Shown in pieces: positions 36,756-47,232 of a DNA stretch of 64,000 bases. The stretch comes from Desulfosudaceae bacterium (GTDB taxonomy: Bacteria > Desulfobacterota > Desulfobacteria > Desulfobacterales > Desulfosudaceae), in contig CAXXDV010000003.1 of NCBI GenBank assembly GCA_963674745.2, positions 1,920,001 through 1,984,000 on the forward strand, read 5' to 3'. The notes below the pieces were generated by a model. The model was not told where the DNA came from. It saw only the letters and a program-made list of their open reading frames with translations, and searched no databases. How positions within the stretch are numbered: position 1 is the first letter of the stretch; each line of letters begins with the position of its first letter. Position numbers and translations under genes: made by a program.

Positions 36756-37957
36756 GTACGCCCTCCCAGGACTGATTCGTAAAGCACTTCAATTCTGGAT
36801 ATCATGGCGGAAAGACCGAACCGGTCAGCCGTCTTTCGGCCTTCAATACCCATACTTTCGCGCAACCGGCTGTCATCAAGAAGCCCTGCGACAGCAGTTT
36901 TCAAGGAAACCGTATCCTGCGGATCAACCAGATAACCGTTTTTACCGTGGTGCACCATGTCCGGAATACCACCGACATCAGCCGCTACGACCGGTTTTCC
37001 GGACGCCATGGCCTCGACCACCACTCTTCCCATCCCCTCGTTGAGAGACGGAAGCGCAAAAACATCAAACAGTCGCATCAGTTCCGGGATATCCTTCCGC
37101 CAGCCGGCAAAAACGACTCTATCGCCCCCCCCCTTTTCTCTTGCTTTCTCCCTCAACACTGGTTCCAGCTCACCTTTGCCCACAAAAACCAGATACAGTT
37201 CCGGTCTTTCACACAACAGCGGTATCAAGGCATCAAGAAGTCCCACAGGATTTTTTACAGGCAGCAGCCAACCGACGGAACCAACCACCAGAGCGTCTTC
37301 GGGTATCCCCAGTTCTTTTCGAAGCGCTCCGGTATCTGCTTCGACCTTTGCAAAAGCGTCAATATCCACACCGCTGTGGATGATTTCCATGCTGTCAGAG
37401 GCAAACAGGTTGAGCGCCAGGTAATCGTCTCTTTCTCCTTTGGTCAAAGCTATCAGCTTATGGGTCAGCGGCGCGGTCAGCTTTTCGGTTATCAGGAACA
37501 GTTTTGAGAAAAACGCGGCAAAATGACCGTAAAACACGTGGCCGTGCGGTGTATGAACAATAACCGGTACCCTTGCCAACCAGGCGGCCCATCTTCCCAG
37601 GATACCGGCCTTGGAGGTATGCGTATGAACGATGTCCGGCTTTCCCTTTCTGATGATCCGCCATAACGCCCACAGCGCCTGGATATCATATATGGGATTA
37701 AGACTTCGAGCCAGCGCCGGTACACGGGTAATATCAACGCCATTTTGTACGGCTTCATCCATCATCCGATTAACGGCTTCCGTCTCCGCCTCTGTCATAC
37801 GCGATTCCCGAGACAGCCCGGTCACAAGCGTCACCCGGTATCTGCTTTTATCAAGCCCCAGACAGGTCAACAGGGTGTTCTGGGCCGAACCGCCCATATC
37901 CATCCGGGTGATGATATGCATGACTGTTATTTTATTTATCATATTATCCGTCGGCAT
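36752..37957 (-). CDS. Glycosyltransferase family 4
   Basis: IITRMDMGG, VHTHTSKAG, EGMGRVVVEAMA. Confidence 0.93.
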   Translation of the reverse strand: MPTDNMINKITVMHIITRMDMGGSAQNTLLTCLGLDKSRYRVTLVTGLSRESRMTEAETEAVNRMMDEAVQNGVDITRVPALARSLNPIYDIQALWALWRIIRKGKPDIVHTHTSKAGILGRWAAWLARVPVIVHTPHGHVFYGHFAAFFSKLFLITEKLTAPLTHKLIALTKGERDDYLALNLFASDSMEIIHSGVDIDAFAKVEADTGALRKELGIPEDALVVGSVGWLLPVKNPVGLLDALIPLLCERPELYLVFVGKGELEPVLREKAREKGGGDRVVFAGWRKDIPELMRLFDVFALPSLNEGMGRVVVEAMASGKPVVAADVGGIPDMVHHGKNGYLVDPQDTVSLKTAVAGLLDDSRLRESMGIEGRKTADRFGLSAMISRIEVLYESVLGGRT

Positions 37958-39158
37958 TACCGGCTATTTCCATAAGGGCATCAATGTGCCTGTCCCAGGA
38001 GTACCGCGATTCAACAAAAGCGCGTGTTTTCCGCCGCAAGCCATTAACCACTCCGGGATCAAACATCAGCCTGCGGCATTTCGCGTCGATCAACCGGGCC
38101 ATGGCCTTTGCTGAAGTGCTCTCAAAAAGAAAACCGGAATCAAAGGATTCGAGAATTTCTCTGGTCCCCCCTACCGGCGTGCCCAAAACAGGTGTCCCCG
38201 AAGCCATGGCTTCCAGGGTTACCAGGCCGAATCCTTCCAATTCGAGGGTCGGCAGAATGAACAGATCCGCCATGAGATAATAGTCCGGCAGCGTGGCCTC
38301 ATCGATAAACCCCGTAAAAAAAACATGCGGATTTAATCCGGCCCGGTCGACCTGTCCAATCAGGGACTCTCTCATCGGCCCATCTCCGCCGATCACCAGA
38401 TAAACTTCCGGCAGCTTCGAAACGACCTCCTGCATGGCCTCCAGGAGCGCTGAAAGGCCCATCCTCGGTTCCAGGTTCCGTAAAGTAAATAATATGATTT
38501 TATCTGCGGGAAAGCCCATACGCTGCCGGACAGCCGCCCGGTCGTTACAGGGGCTGAACCGCATCAGATCAACCCCTCCGGGAACAATTGAAATTAACTC
38601 ACCCGGAATTCGGTGACTGAGCTGCAGTTTTTCTTTTGTATAATCGCTTAATACAATGATCCGGTCAGAATCCTTTAAAGCGCTCTTTTCCATCCTTTTG
38701 CGAATCAGGGACTGAACTTTTACAGCCAAACGACTGCTGAGACCGGAGGCCATTACTGTCCTGGAAAGGTATTCCTCATGCCAGAGGGAATGACAGGTAT
38801 ACAACTTTTTTGCTGTGTTTTTTTTTGCGGAAGACAACACAGCGCATGCGGTCAACGGCTGATGAAAAAACAAGCGGTCAAACCTCAGATCCTGATTCAA
38901 CTGCTGGAATAAACGGCCAGCGTTTTTAAACGTATCGGCTACAAACCTGACCGGATACCTGTTATCAGCCGGATAACGCCATTCGGTAACACCGGATATC
39001 TCCGCCGCCTCTTTTTTATGGATATCCGGCAGCCAGCGGGTTATCAGGTGCACCTCGTGCCCGGAAGCGGCAAGGCGGGTCGTCTGTTCATACAGAACCC
39101 GCTCGGCGCCGCTTCCGACCCGTGCGATGGAAACATCCGCTGCAAACAGAATTTTCAC
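37944..39158 (-). CDS. Glycosyltransferase family 4
   Basis: SGAER, RNLEPRMGL, EGFGLVTLEAMASG. Confidence 0.93.
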   Translation of the reverse strand: MKILFAADVSIARVGSGAERVLYEQTTRLAASGHEVHLITRWLPDIHKKEAAEISGVTEWRYPADNRYPVRFVADTFKNAGRLFQQLNQDLRFDRLFFHQPLTACAVLSSAKKNTAKKLYTCHSLWHEEYLSRTVMASGLSSRLAVKVQSLIRKRMEKSALKDSDRIIVLSDYTKEKLQLSHRIPGELISIVPGGVDLMRFSPCNDRAAVRQRMGFPADKIILFTLRNLEPRMGLSALLEAMQEVVSKLPEVYLVIGGDGPMRESLIGQVDRAGLNPHVFFTGFIDEATLPDYYLMADLFILPTLELEGFGLVTLEAMASGTPVLGTPVGGTREILESFDSGFLFESTSAKAMARLIDAKCRRLMFDPGVVNGLRRKTRAFVESRYSWDRHIDALMEIAGNADG

Positions 39159-39238
39159 ATCTTTCCCTTTTATGTTAACACTGAAACGTCTGCCGCCATT
39201 ATACTTTTCATTCGTTTTATTGACATTTTGTCAACTCA

Positions 39239-40225
39239 TTAGATTGGCGCCAACCTTTTTGAAAAAATGTCCAAATCATTGGCTACCATTTCTTGGACAA
39301 GCGCTTTGAATTTCACCTTAGGCGCCCAATTAAGTTTCGCTTTGGCCCGGGTAGCATCACCGCACAGAATATTCACCTCCGCCGGGCGATAAAACTGATC
39401 ATCAATCACAACATAATCCTCAAAATTTTTATCAATCTCAGCAAAAGCCGCTTCTAAGAATTCACGCACCGAATGGGTTTCACCTGTTGCAATGACGTAA
39501 TCGTCAGCTTCACTCTGCTGCAGCATCAACCACATCGCTCGTACGTAATCACTTGCATGCCCCCAGTCCCGCTTGGCATCCAGGTTCCCCAACCGTATTT
39601 CTTTGTCGATTCCCAGTTTAATTTTTGCCACACCCGAGCTAATTTTCCTTGTTACAAATTCCATCCCCCTCCTTGGAGACTCATGGTTAAAAAGAATTCC
39701 TGATAATGCAAAGAGGCCATATGCTTCCCTGTAATTGCGAGTCAGTTCAAACCCGGCGATTTTCGAAATACCATAGGGAGATCGAGGATGAAAGGGCGTC
39801 TTTTCATTCTGAGGGACCTCCTCCACCTTTCCGAACATTTCACTGGAACCGGCAAAATAAAATCGACAATGTGGGGCCTGCCGCTTAATGGATGAGAGCA
39901 TGTAATGGGTGCCGTTCAAATTCGTATTGATAGTTGAAAACTCATCCTCAAATGAATAGGACACATAACTCTGCGCAGCCAGATGATAGCATTCATCAGG
40001 CTTCAGCTCCGAAATGATATTAAAAATGCTGGCATAACTCTCCATGGAGGCACTGTGGATATGAATCCGGTCGAGAAGGTGGCGTACTCGCCACATTCGC
40101 AACTCAGGTGTCTCCAGTGCCACACGCCGAACGAGACCATGCACTTCATATCCCTTTTCCAGTAACAGCTCTGCAAGGTAGCTGCCATCCTGTCCGGTAA
40201 TACCCGTAATCAATGCTTTTTTCAT
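39239..40225 (-). CDS. gmd: GDP-mannose 4,6-dehydratase
   Basis: ITGITGQDGSYLAE, PRSPYG.SK, FNHESPRRG, GNLDAKRDWG. Confidence 0.97.
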   Translation of the reverse strand: MKKALITGITGQDGSYLAELLLEKGYEVHGLVRRVALETPELRMWRVRHLLDRIHIHSASMESYASIFNIISELKPDECYHLAAQSYVSYSFEDEFSTINTNLNGTHYMLSSIKRQAPHCRFYFAGSSEMFGKVEEVPQNEKTPFHPRSPYGISKIAGFELTRNYREAYGLFALSGILFNHESPRRGMEFVTRKISSGVAKIKLGIDKEIRLGNLDAKRDWGHASDYVRAMWLMLQQSEADDYVIATGETHSVREFLEAAFAEIDKNFEDYVVIDDQFYRPAEVNILCGDATRAKAKLNWAPKVKFKALVQEMVANDLDIFSKRLAPI

Positions 40226-41307
40226 TTAATTATCCCCAGCAATCTCTGAATATCACGAATATAGGGTTTCCATGCTATGCGCCCTTTCAACGCAGACGTC
40301 CATACCAACCCCTCATCCACATGTGCCTGGTAGGTTTTTTGATTCTCAAGCTTTTCAAAAGCCGTCAACCATTTCTGCGGCTCAAATGGGTCGGCAGTCA
40401 ACGCTTTCCTCCCTGTTGTCTCCGTCAGAACGGCGATATCACTGACAACCGCAGGCGTTCCGCATGCCATAGCCTCCAAAGGTGGATAGCCATACCCTTC
40501 TGCTGTTGAAGGTTGCGCCAGACAAAACGCCTGCCGATAGAGCCCCGGCAAATCCTCATCAGGTACAAAATCAAGCCAGTGCAATCTTTTTTCGGCCTGT
40601 GCATTACGCCAGTATAACCGGTTTGCAGGCGGGACGCCGACGAAAACGATTTTTCTTCTCAACTGCATGGCGCAGGCCAGGATAACCCCCAAATTTTTAT
40701 GGGGCAGGCCATTTCCGACTACCATGATGTATCCCGGATCAAGCCGGTGTTCAGCCAGGATTTTTTGATCCCGTTCATCTTCGCAAAGAGTAAAATGAGC
40801 CTCCAAACCCGGATAACGGATTGAAAAATCCCCCTTGAGCTCTACCAATTTGACTGTTTCCCCATGACTGTAAACCGAATCGAACCATGTCAGGTCACTC
40901 CTTTTCAACGCCTTCTTGAGACGCCAGGTATCGAACAGAACACGCCCCCGTTTTTTATACAGCGGATGAGTTAAATCCAGCACATCATGAACGGTATTGA
41001 TGCATGCGCAATGGCACCCCCAAAGCGGCAGTTTGGGATACGGGCTAATAAAGAGTTTATTGTTCCGTGTCATTTCAGTCAGGCGCTTTTCAGATCCAAG
41101 GAACGATTTTGGCAACCATATCGTTTCAATCCGCTTACAACCTTTCAGTCGTAATGGGAGTTCACCGCCAGAATTCATACCAAGTATGATCCGCTCAGCA
41201 ACACCACTATCGTCAAGTGCGTCAATAAGCCCAACAAGGACACGGCCTATGCCGGTTAGGCGAGCAGGGGAAAATTCCCTGGCATCAATCAGAATCTTTC
41301 CTGGCAT
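40222..41307 (-). CDS. Glycosyltransferase family 4
   Basis: TGIGR, TVHD, PHKN, EGYGYPPLEAMACG. Confidence 0.9.
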   Translation of the reverse strand: MPGKILIDAREFSPARLTGIGRVLVGLIDALDDSGVAERIILGMNSGGELPLRLKGCKRIETIWLPKSFLGSEKRLTEMTRNNKLFISPYPKLPLWGCHCACINTVHDVLDLTHPLYKKRGRVLFDTWRLKKALKRSDLTWFDSVYSHGETVKLVELKGDFSIRYPGLEAHFTLCEDERDQKILAEHRLDPGYIMVVGNGLPHKNLGVILACAMQLRRKIVFVGVPPANRLYWRNAQAEKRLHWLDFVPDEDLPGLYRQAFCLAQPSTAEGYGYPPLEAMACGTPAVVSDIAVLTETTGRKALTADPFEPQKWLTAFEKLENQKTYQAHVDEGLVWTSALKGRIAWKPYIRDIQRLLGIIK

Positions 41308-42489
41308 TCAGATATCCCTCCCCCGCTGGTCTCGCTTTTCGAAGATTTGATTATAAATCTTCATTATCTGGGAAGTATGCCGCGCTAGCGTGAACTGAGT
41401 CGATACCTTTTCCCGGTTACTGACTCCCATTTGCCGACGTCTTTCCGGATCACACGCCAATGTTACAATGGCTTTAGAAAATTCTTCATGATTGGCCGGA
41501 TCTACCAGAATGGCATTTTCACCATCTACCACCGCCTCGGCTATCTCATCAATCCGGCTTGCAATAACCGGTAAACCAACCGCCATGGCTTCAATCAGGG
41601 CCCGACTGAAGCCCTCCCTTCGACTGGGTAGAACAAAAACATCCAATGCTTGGTAATACGGTACGATAACATTCGTAAAATCTTTGAAAACGATAACATT
41701 TGATAAGCCCAGGGTTTCGACCAACTGTTCCAGGTGCTCTCTATATATGACATCGTTGCTTTTCCCGACCAGAAGCGCTTTCATCTTCAAACCTGAGGGT
41801 TGACGAAGGACCAGCGCTAACGCCTGGACAAATTCATGCTGACCTTTAAGGGAAGTGAAATTTCCGATAATACCAAACAGGCACTCGTTTGTCACTCCTA
41901 ACTGTTTCCTCGTTAACTCCCTATTTTGTTGGCTCGGGCAAAAAATGTCCGGGTCCACACCATTGTAGACGATATCTGTTTTATTCTGTATTTGAACTTT
42001 ATAGGCGGCCAACCGTTTTTCTAAAACAGCTTTTGAAACACAAATAATCCGACTGCAAAATCGAGTCAACATCCCATCAATCAGACGAAGGTCTTGTTTT
42101 GTTTCCCGCACATGCCAGATAACGGGTCTCCGCCTCAACAATCCGGCCACTACGCAGTAAATACATGCGCGCGAACCGTTTACGTGCATCAAATCAATTT
42201 TGTCGGCCGATAGTTGCTTATAAAGACGAAATTCGGCATTTAAAACCCTCCAAAATTTGATTGTACGGATACGCGGGAGGTCAATTACCTTCACACTAAG
42301 CCCTTCACTTTTAAGCTTTTCCGAAATTTCACCCCGGCCCGGAACATATACCACAAGCGAATACGCACCTTTGGTGATTGTGCGAACTAAATGGAGAAAA
42401 CTGATTTCACCGCCACCGATGATGGCAGAATGATTGAAAACCATCGCTATTTTTTTGGGGTATATTGCAATTTTCATATTTTTTGTCAT
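41308..42489 (-). CDS. Glycosyltransferase family 4
   Basis: GGGE, WHVR, KGQ, EGFSRALIEAMA. Confidence 0.92.
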   Translation of the reverse strand: MTKNMKIAIYPKKIAMVFNHSAIIGGGEISFLHLVRTITKGAYSLVVYVPGRGEISEKLKSEGLSVKVIDLPRIRTIKFWRVLNAEFRLYKQLSADKIDLMHVNGSRACIYCVVAGLLRRRPVIWHVRETKQDLRLIDGMLTRFCSRIICVSKAVLEKRLAAYKVQIQNKTDIVYNGVDPDIFCPSQQNRELTRKQLGVTNECLFGIIGNFTSLKGQHEFVQALALVLRQPSGLKMKALLVGKSNDVIYREHLEQLVETLGLSNVIVFKDFTNVIVPYYQALDVFVLPSRREGFSRALIEAMAVGLPVIASRIDEIAEAVVDGENAILVDPANHEEFSKAIVTLACDPERRRQMGVSNREKVSTQFTLARHTSQIMKIYNQIFEKRDQRGRDI

Positions 42490-43670
42490 TTATTCGCACT
42501 TCTCGAACCCAGCCCGGGATTTACGTTCATGACTCTGTCGTTATTTAAAAGGGACTCGAGCTGCCCAAAAACAAACTCCGGTTTTATTCCAAGAAGGCAG
42601 AAGTTGGCCCCTCGCCAGCATCTTGCAGCCGTATAATATTGAGAACAGGGGCTACAAAAATCATTTCTATACAGCACCTTGACCTTTTTCACTCTAGGCG
42701 AGGTGCGCTCCGGTGAACCAGGCCCAAACAAAGCCACCACATTTACCCCAACAGCTGCAGATAAATGCAATAAAAAAGAATCGTTTACGATTGTCCCTCT
42801 TGATAATGTTAGAATTCCAGCAACTGTTGAAACCGGCTTGGATATTATGACGGATGGCTTAACCTTGCTATCGGCAACAATTCTATCTATCATGACCTCG
42901 TCTGTTTTCCCTCCAATCAATATCGGTTTCAGCCCTCCTCCTTCCCTGCTGTCAATCAGATCGCAAAGTCGGCTCCAATATTTTTCAGGCCATCGTCTTG
43001 GCGGCCACTTCGCCCCAGGGGCCAGCATAACAGCATCGATCGGCTCAATCCCCAATTCGATCAGGCATTTTCGGCCATCCTCCCGGCAGGCGGCGTCGAC
43101 CTGATAAAGTATTGATACTTCGGAAAGTCCCGGGGGTAACCAATCCTCGGATAGAGACAATGCCATTTGCGGATAGTACGCCTGCTCAGAATAAGGTTTA
43201 GACTGGTTATAAAATCCAGATATTTCAATCTTCCGGAAGCCGTCACTAAGCACCCTTGAAAATCCGACGGTCCAATTGGCCCCCAGCGCATGCACCAAAC
43301 ATGCGGATTCAAGAATGGCAGAACAGTCAAAAACGATATCGAAGTGCTCCTTTCGCAAAGCCGCTACAATACTTGATGGGGCACGGGACAAAACATAAAT
43401 ACGGTCAACCATCGTTCCCAGGCTGAAAACGGCGGCCACATGCTCGTGACAAAGGATCTCAATACTGGAGGACGGATAGGCTGTTTTGATTCCCCGTATC
43501 AGCCCCGTTGTCATCAAACCGTCCCCCATCGCATTTAGGGTAACCAATAATATCTTTGCATTTGCCAGTGTTTCGGGTTTCCGCCCTCGCGACTTTTTGA
43601 ACGGCGGCGCCAGACTTAGCCAGGGACCGGTCCGGCGCCGGCGGCGAACTCGTCTGAGAAATTCAAGCAT
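42486..43670 (-). CDS. Glycosyltransferase family 9 (heptosyltransferase-like)
   Basis: AMGD, APGAKW..RRW, NDSFLLHLSAA, LFGP, C.PC; start placed at ATG 43670. Confidence 0.87.
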   Translation of the reverse strand: MLEFLRRVRRRRRTGPWLSLAPPFKKSRGRKPETLANAKILLVTLNAMGDGLMTTGLIRGIKTAYPSSSIEILCHEHVAAVFSLGTMVDRIYVLSRAPSSIVAALRKEHFDIVFDCSAILESACLVHALGANWTVGFSRVLSDGFRKIEISGFYNQSKPYSEQAYYPQMALSLSEDWLPPGLSEVSILYQVDAACREDGRKCLIELGIEPIDAVMLAPGAKWPPRRWPEKYWSRLCDLIDSREGGGLKPILIGGKTDEVMIDRIVADSKVKPSVIISKPVSTVAGILTLSRGTIVNDSFLLHLSAAVGVNVVALFGPGSPERTSPRVKKVKVLYRNDFCSPCSQYYTAARCWRGANFCLLGIKPEFVFGQLESLLNNDRVMNVNPGLGSRSANK

Positions 43671-44796
43671 GCATAACCTCCCGAAAAACATACTCTGTAT
43701 CCGACGCGATCCGTTCCCAGCGAAAACCCTTTACCAGCTTAACAGCACCTTGTTCAAGATGTGCTTTTAATTCCGGGTCCAAAATGATCGATTTTATCGT
43801 TTTTGATAATGACGAGGGATCAAGCCTATCGCAGAAGAGCATATGCAAACCGTTTTGAAAATGAGGTATAGGTATCCTAGGTGGTGTTGTAACAATTGCC
43901 TTTCCGTGGGCTAGCGCCGCCATTAAGCTGCCGCGCCTATCACTGACACCCGATTCATAAGGCAATACCGCCACATCAGCCCTGGCATACAAGGCTGAAA
44001 CAACCTTGGCATCAACTGGTCCTGTAAATACAACCCTGTCCCCCAAATCAAAACGTCGAGCCTGAGCCTTTAGATCGTCGATTACGTTTCCAAGATCAGA
44101 AACCCCGCCGCCGACAACCAGCAACTTTATATTTATGGCTTCCTCGACGACCATTTTCTGGACAGCCTCAAGCAGTATGTGTAATCCTTTGCCATTATAG
44201 ATCATACCAAAATACATCAATACAAAATGGCTGCCCCTGACACCGTATTTATTGAATATATTAAGACTGTCGATGATTTTCGAATCCGGCATGATATTAG
44301 GACCAATGGGAACGAACCTGGTTTTCTGAAGTGCCCATGGCATCCATTTCCGGATGAGATAAAGAATTTCTGAATTTGTTGCGATTACCTTGCTTGCACT
44401 CCTGACGAGCAGATATCCTTGAAGGCGGCTGAGCATCCCGCCCCCCCACAATGAATGAAGACTCAAGGCGGAATTCGTCTTTTTTAATAGACCGGGCAGA
44501 GCCGTGCGAAAAGCAGGAGGATAAGCCGCGGGAGAATACTGGACGTTCAGCACATCAAGGCGCGCGGATTGATAAAAATTTTCTATCGACAAAGCAGTCG
44601 CCCTATCCCATAGCCCCTGTAGCCGGCAGACTTCGCAAATAAGGGAACGATCACATGGCTTATGCTCGTCACCCGCAAATGCGGTAATCCGATGTCCCTT
44701 TGTGATCAACTCCTCTGCGAGAAGGCCACTGTAATGAGATACACCACCATGCCTCAGGGCAGGTGGGAAATCCGGGCATACAAGTCCAATCTTCAA
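43663..44796 (-). CDS. Glycosyltransferase family 4
   Basis: GGVSHY, YFG.I..GKG, VLPY..GVS.RRGSL. Confidence 0.88.
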   Translation of the reverse strand: MKIGLVCPDFPPALRHGGVSHYSGLLAEELITKGHRITAFAGDEHKPCDRSLICEVCRLQGLWDRATALSIENFYQSARLDVLNVQYSPAAYPPAFRTALPGLLKKTNSALSLHSLWGGGMLSRLQGYLLVRSASKVIATNSEILYLIRKWMPWALQKTRFVPIGPNIMPDSKIIDSLNIFNKYGVRGSHFVLMYFGMIYNGKGLHILLEAVQKMVVEEAINIKLLVVGGGVSDLGNVIDDLKAQARRFDLGDRVVFTGPVDAKVVSALYARADVAVLPYESGVSDRRGSLMAALAHGKAIVTTPPRIPIPHFQNGLHMLFCDRLDPSSLSKTIKSIILDPELKAHLEQGAVKLVKGFRWERIASDTEYVFREVMHA

Positions 44797-44797
44797 T

Positions 44798-45997
44798 TTA
44801 TAATTGCCTCTCCCGTATTTTCATATCAATCACTTCTTGAAAAATTTCTTTTAACCGCGTCACATGTTTTGTCATTGAAAAATTTTGGGCCACAAAATCA
44901 GCGGCCTGTGTCCCAAATTTACGAATTTTTTCTTTTGATTTTAAAAGTTCCTCTATTTTTTCCCACATCGCACTAAAATTGCCTGATGGGATGAGATAGC
45001 CGGTCTCCCCGTTCTTTAACCACTCACTGATTCCACCCACATCAAAAGCGACTGTCGGCCTGCAACACATTGCAGCTTCAAGCCCTATGATGCCAAAAGG
45101 CTCCGGCCATAAAGAAGGGACGACCAATACCGCATTATGCCTGTATCGATCTTTAAGAGATTCACCTTCGAGGACTCCATAAAAGGCCACGCGATTTTCA
45201 AGACCCAGCTTCCTGCATTTTTCTTCCGCCTGCAGACGCAGAGGGCCATCGCCGACAACATCCAAATGCACTTCGGCCAATACACCTACCATCGATTCTA
45301 TTAATTCCAAAAGGCCCTTCCCCTCTGAGATCCTGCCGACAAACAGAATTCTATTGAAATCACCAGGCTCAAGCCATGTCTCCTTTGGCCATGTTGTGAA
45401 GTACGGAAGGATCTCGACCTTGTCCCGGGGCACCCCATTCAACACCAGCATATTTTTCATATAGGACGAGGCCACAATTGTTTTGGGCAAAAGAACAGAA
45501 GCGAATAAATTTTTTTTTGCACCATGATAGCAATACCAGGCTTTTCGGGGGGATCTTGGCATACAGAAACGAGAATGTGCTCTTATGGCGCACATCAGGG
45601 AAAGCGGATACCTGCAATCTTCCGTAGGATTTGAGAGCAATCGCTTCCCGTCCGGGCAGGTGTTTGCATGGCCATGGATATATCTGACAGTAGGAATGGT
45701 TGATGCCAAAAGAGAAACAATGCCACCGTTATCCATATTATTCAAAAAAATAACATCCGGTCTGCTATCACCAATCACAGATTGAAGTTCACTTATCATT
45801 TCACAGGTCAACTTCTTTCTCCGATCCCAAAACTCCGGAATTATATAGGCCTTTTTATAAGGCACGTTCTTCTTCCCTTCGCAGAACAAAATATCAACTT
45901 CCATATTGTCTTTTTGAAATTGTGAGCAAAGGTCGATTAAATAACGTTCTACCCCTCCTGCAAACGAAAAATATCGATTTATGCACAAAACCCTCAT
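44798..45997 (-). CDS. Glycosyltransferase family 4
   Basis: GGVERY, FVGRI..GKG, PSLWPEPFGIIGLEA. Confidence 0.92.
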   Translation of the reverse strand: MRVLCINRYFSFAGGVERYLIDLCSQFQKDNMEVDILFCEGKKNVPYKKAYIIPEFWDRRKKLTCEMISELQSVIGDSRPDVIFLNNMDNGGIVSLLASTIPTVRYIHGHANTCPDGKRLLSNPTEDCRYPLSLMCAIRAHSRFCMPRSPRKAWYCYHGAKKNLFASVLLPKTIVASSYMKNMLVLNGVPRDKVEILPYFTTWPKETWLEPGDFNRILFVGRISEGKGLLELIESMVGVLAEVHLDVVGDGPLRLQAEEKCRKLGLENRVAFYGVLEGESLKDRYRHNAVLVVPSLWPEPFGIIGLEAAMCCRPTVAFDVGGISEWLKNGETGYLIPSGNFSAMWEKIEELLKSKEKIRKFGTQAADFVAQNFSMTKHVTRLKEIFQEVIDMKIRERQL

Positions 45998-46009
45998 CAG
46001 AAACTTTCC

Positions 46010-46822
46010 TCAAGGCTTTTCAAAAACAATAACGATCTCACGCATAAATATATAACCGAATAAGTTTTCCATTCGATCCCAGAGCCGATTATAATAATTA
46101 CCGATAAGGCAAAACACCTTTCGATGCCGCCACGGATTTAATTTTTGCAGTTTATTATAAAAACTCCTCAAAACCCAGGCCGGCTCAAGTGGATGTAGCC
46201 AATATCGACAGCCGAAAACTTCAATTTCCTTCATTTCAAGGTTTCGTCCAAGCTGTTTTAATCCCCAATAATTGTATTCCCTTTCATAACCCCAGGGCCA
46301 TTTACCGGTCTTTATTAAATGATGTTTCATTAGCGTGTAGGCTGTATATTTTTGAGGCACATTGATGACAAGCTTGCCCCCTGATTTTAACACACGTGAT
46401 TGCTCCTTTAAAAAAATATTTTCGTCTGCTATATGTTCAAGCACGCCCTGGCTGAAAACCATGTCAAAAGATTCATCACTGAATGGCAAATGCAAACCAT
46501 CTGCATTGACAGAGAATAATTGTTTTGAAAATAATTTATTTGATCCCTTAGCGATCCGCAAAGCTTCATATGACAAATCAATTCCATAGGCAGAGCAATC
46601 TGTACATTCTGAAGTAATAAGAGCATCGATTCCGAAGCCACAACCCACCTCTAAAATTTTACATTGATGTGCCCGGATATTATCATTTTGCACGTACTTG
46701 ATAAGACAATCTAAAAAGCGTCGACGCTCATTGCGATGACCATTGGCTAACAGCGAGGCGTCAGCGAAATCTTGATTTTTATATATTTTATTGAAATCTT
46801 CTTTTTCCCCGAATGTTTTCAT
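46010..46822 (-). CDS. Class I SAM-dependent methyltransferase
   Basis: ILEVGCGFG, LPFSDESFD.V, VLEH, RVLK.GG. Confidence 0.9.
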   Translation of the reverse strand: MKTFGEKEDFNKIYKNQDFADASLLANGHRNERRRFLDCLIKYVQNDNIRAHQCKILEVGCGFGIDALITSECTDCSAYGIDLSYEALRIAKGSNKLFSKQLFSVNADGLHLPFSDESFDMVFSQGVLEHIADENIFLKEQSRVLKSGGKLVINVPQKYTAYTLMKHHLIKTGKWPWGYEREYNYWGLKQLGRNLEMKEIEVFGCRYWLHPLEPAWVLRSFYNKLQKLNPWRHRKVFCLIGNYYNRLWDRMENLFGYIFMREIVIVFEKP

Positions 46823-47232
46823 AAAAACCAGTTCCTCGGCACTTTATTTACAGTGCCTTGTATAATCTTTTATAGAAAAGAACCTCATTATAAATAACCC
46901 AAAAGCGTCCACCACCAATGATGATTAGACAATAAAAAGAAAATATTTCTCTATAAATAAAAAACTAACAGCTTGAGGAGCAGACAAAAAAACATATCAT
47001 TATCAAACATCTTGATGATCCTTGTGGCGACATGGATGCCCTGCCTTGAAACATCTGTTCCAACAATTTGACGGCAGGATTCATATCGACACATTTTCCA
47101 AAAGAAGATAATAAACCCGCCGGTCGTGAATCAGGCTGTGAACGACAGCGAAAATATGCGTCCGTTTTTTAGTAATATTTCCATGTGGCATCATATTCTT
47201 CGGTCAGTGTTTACCGATTATCTTTCATCGGA

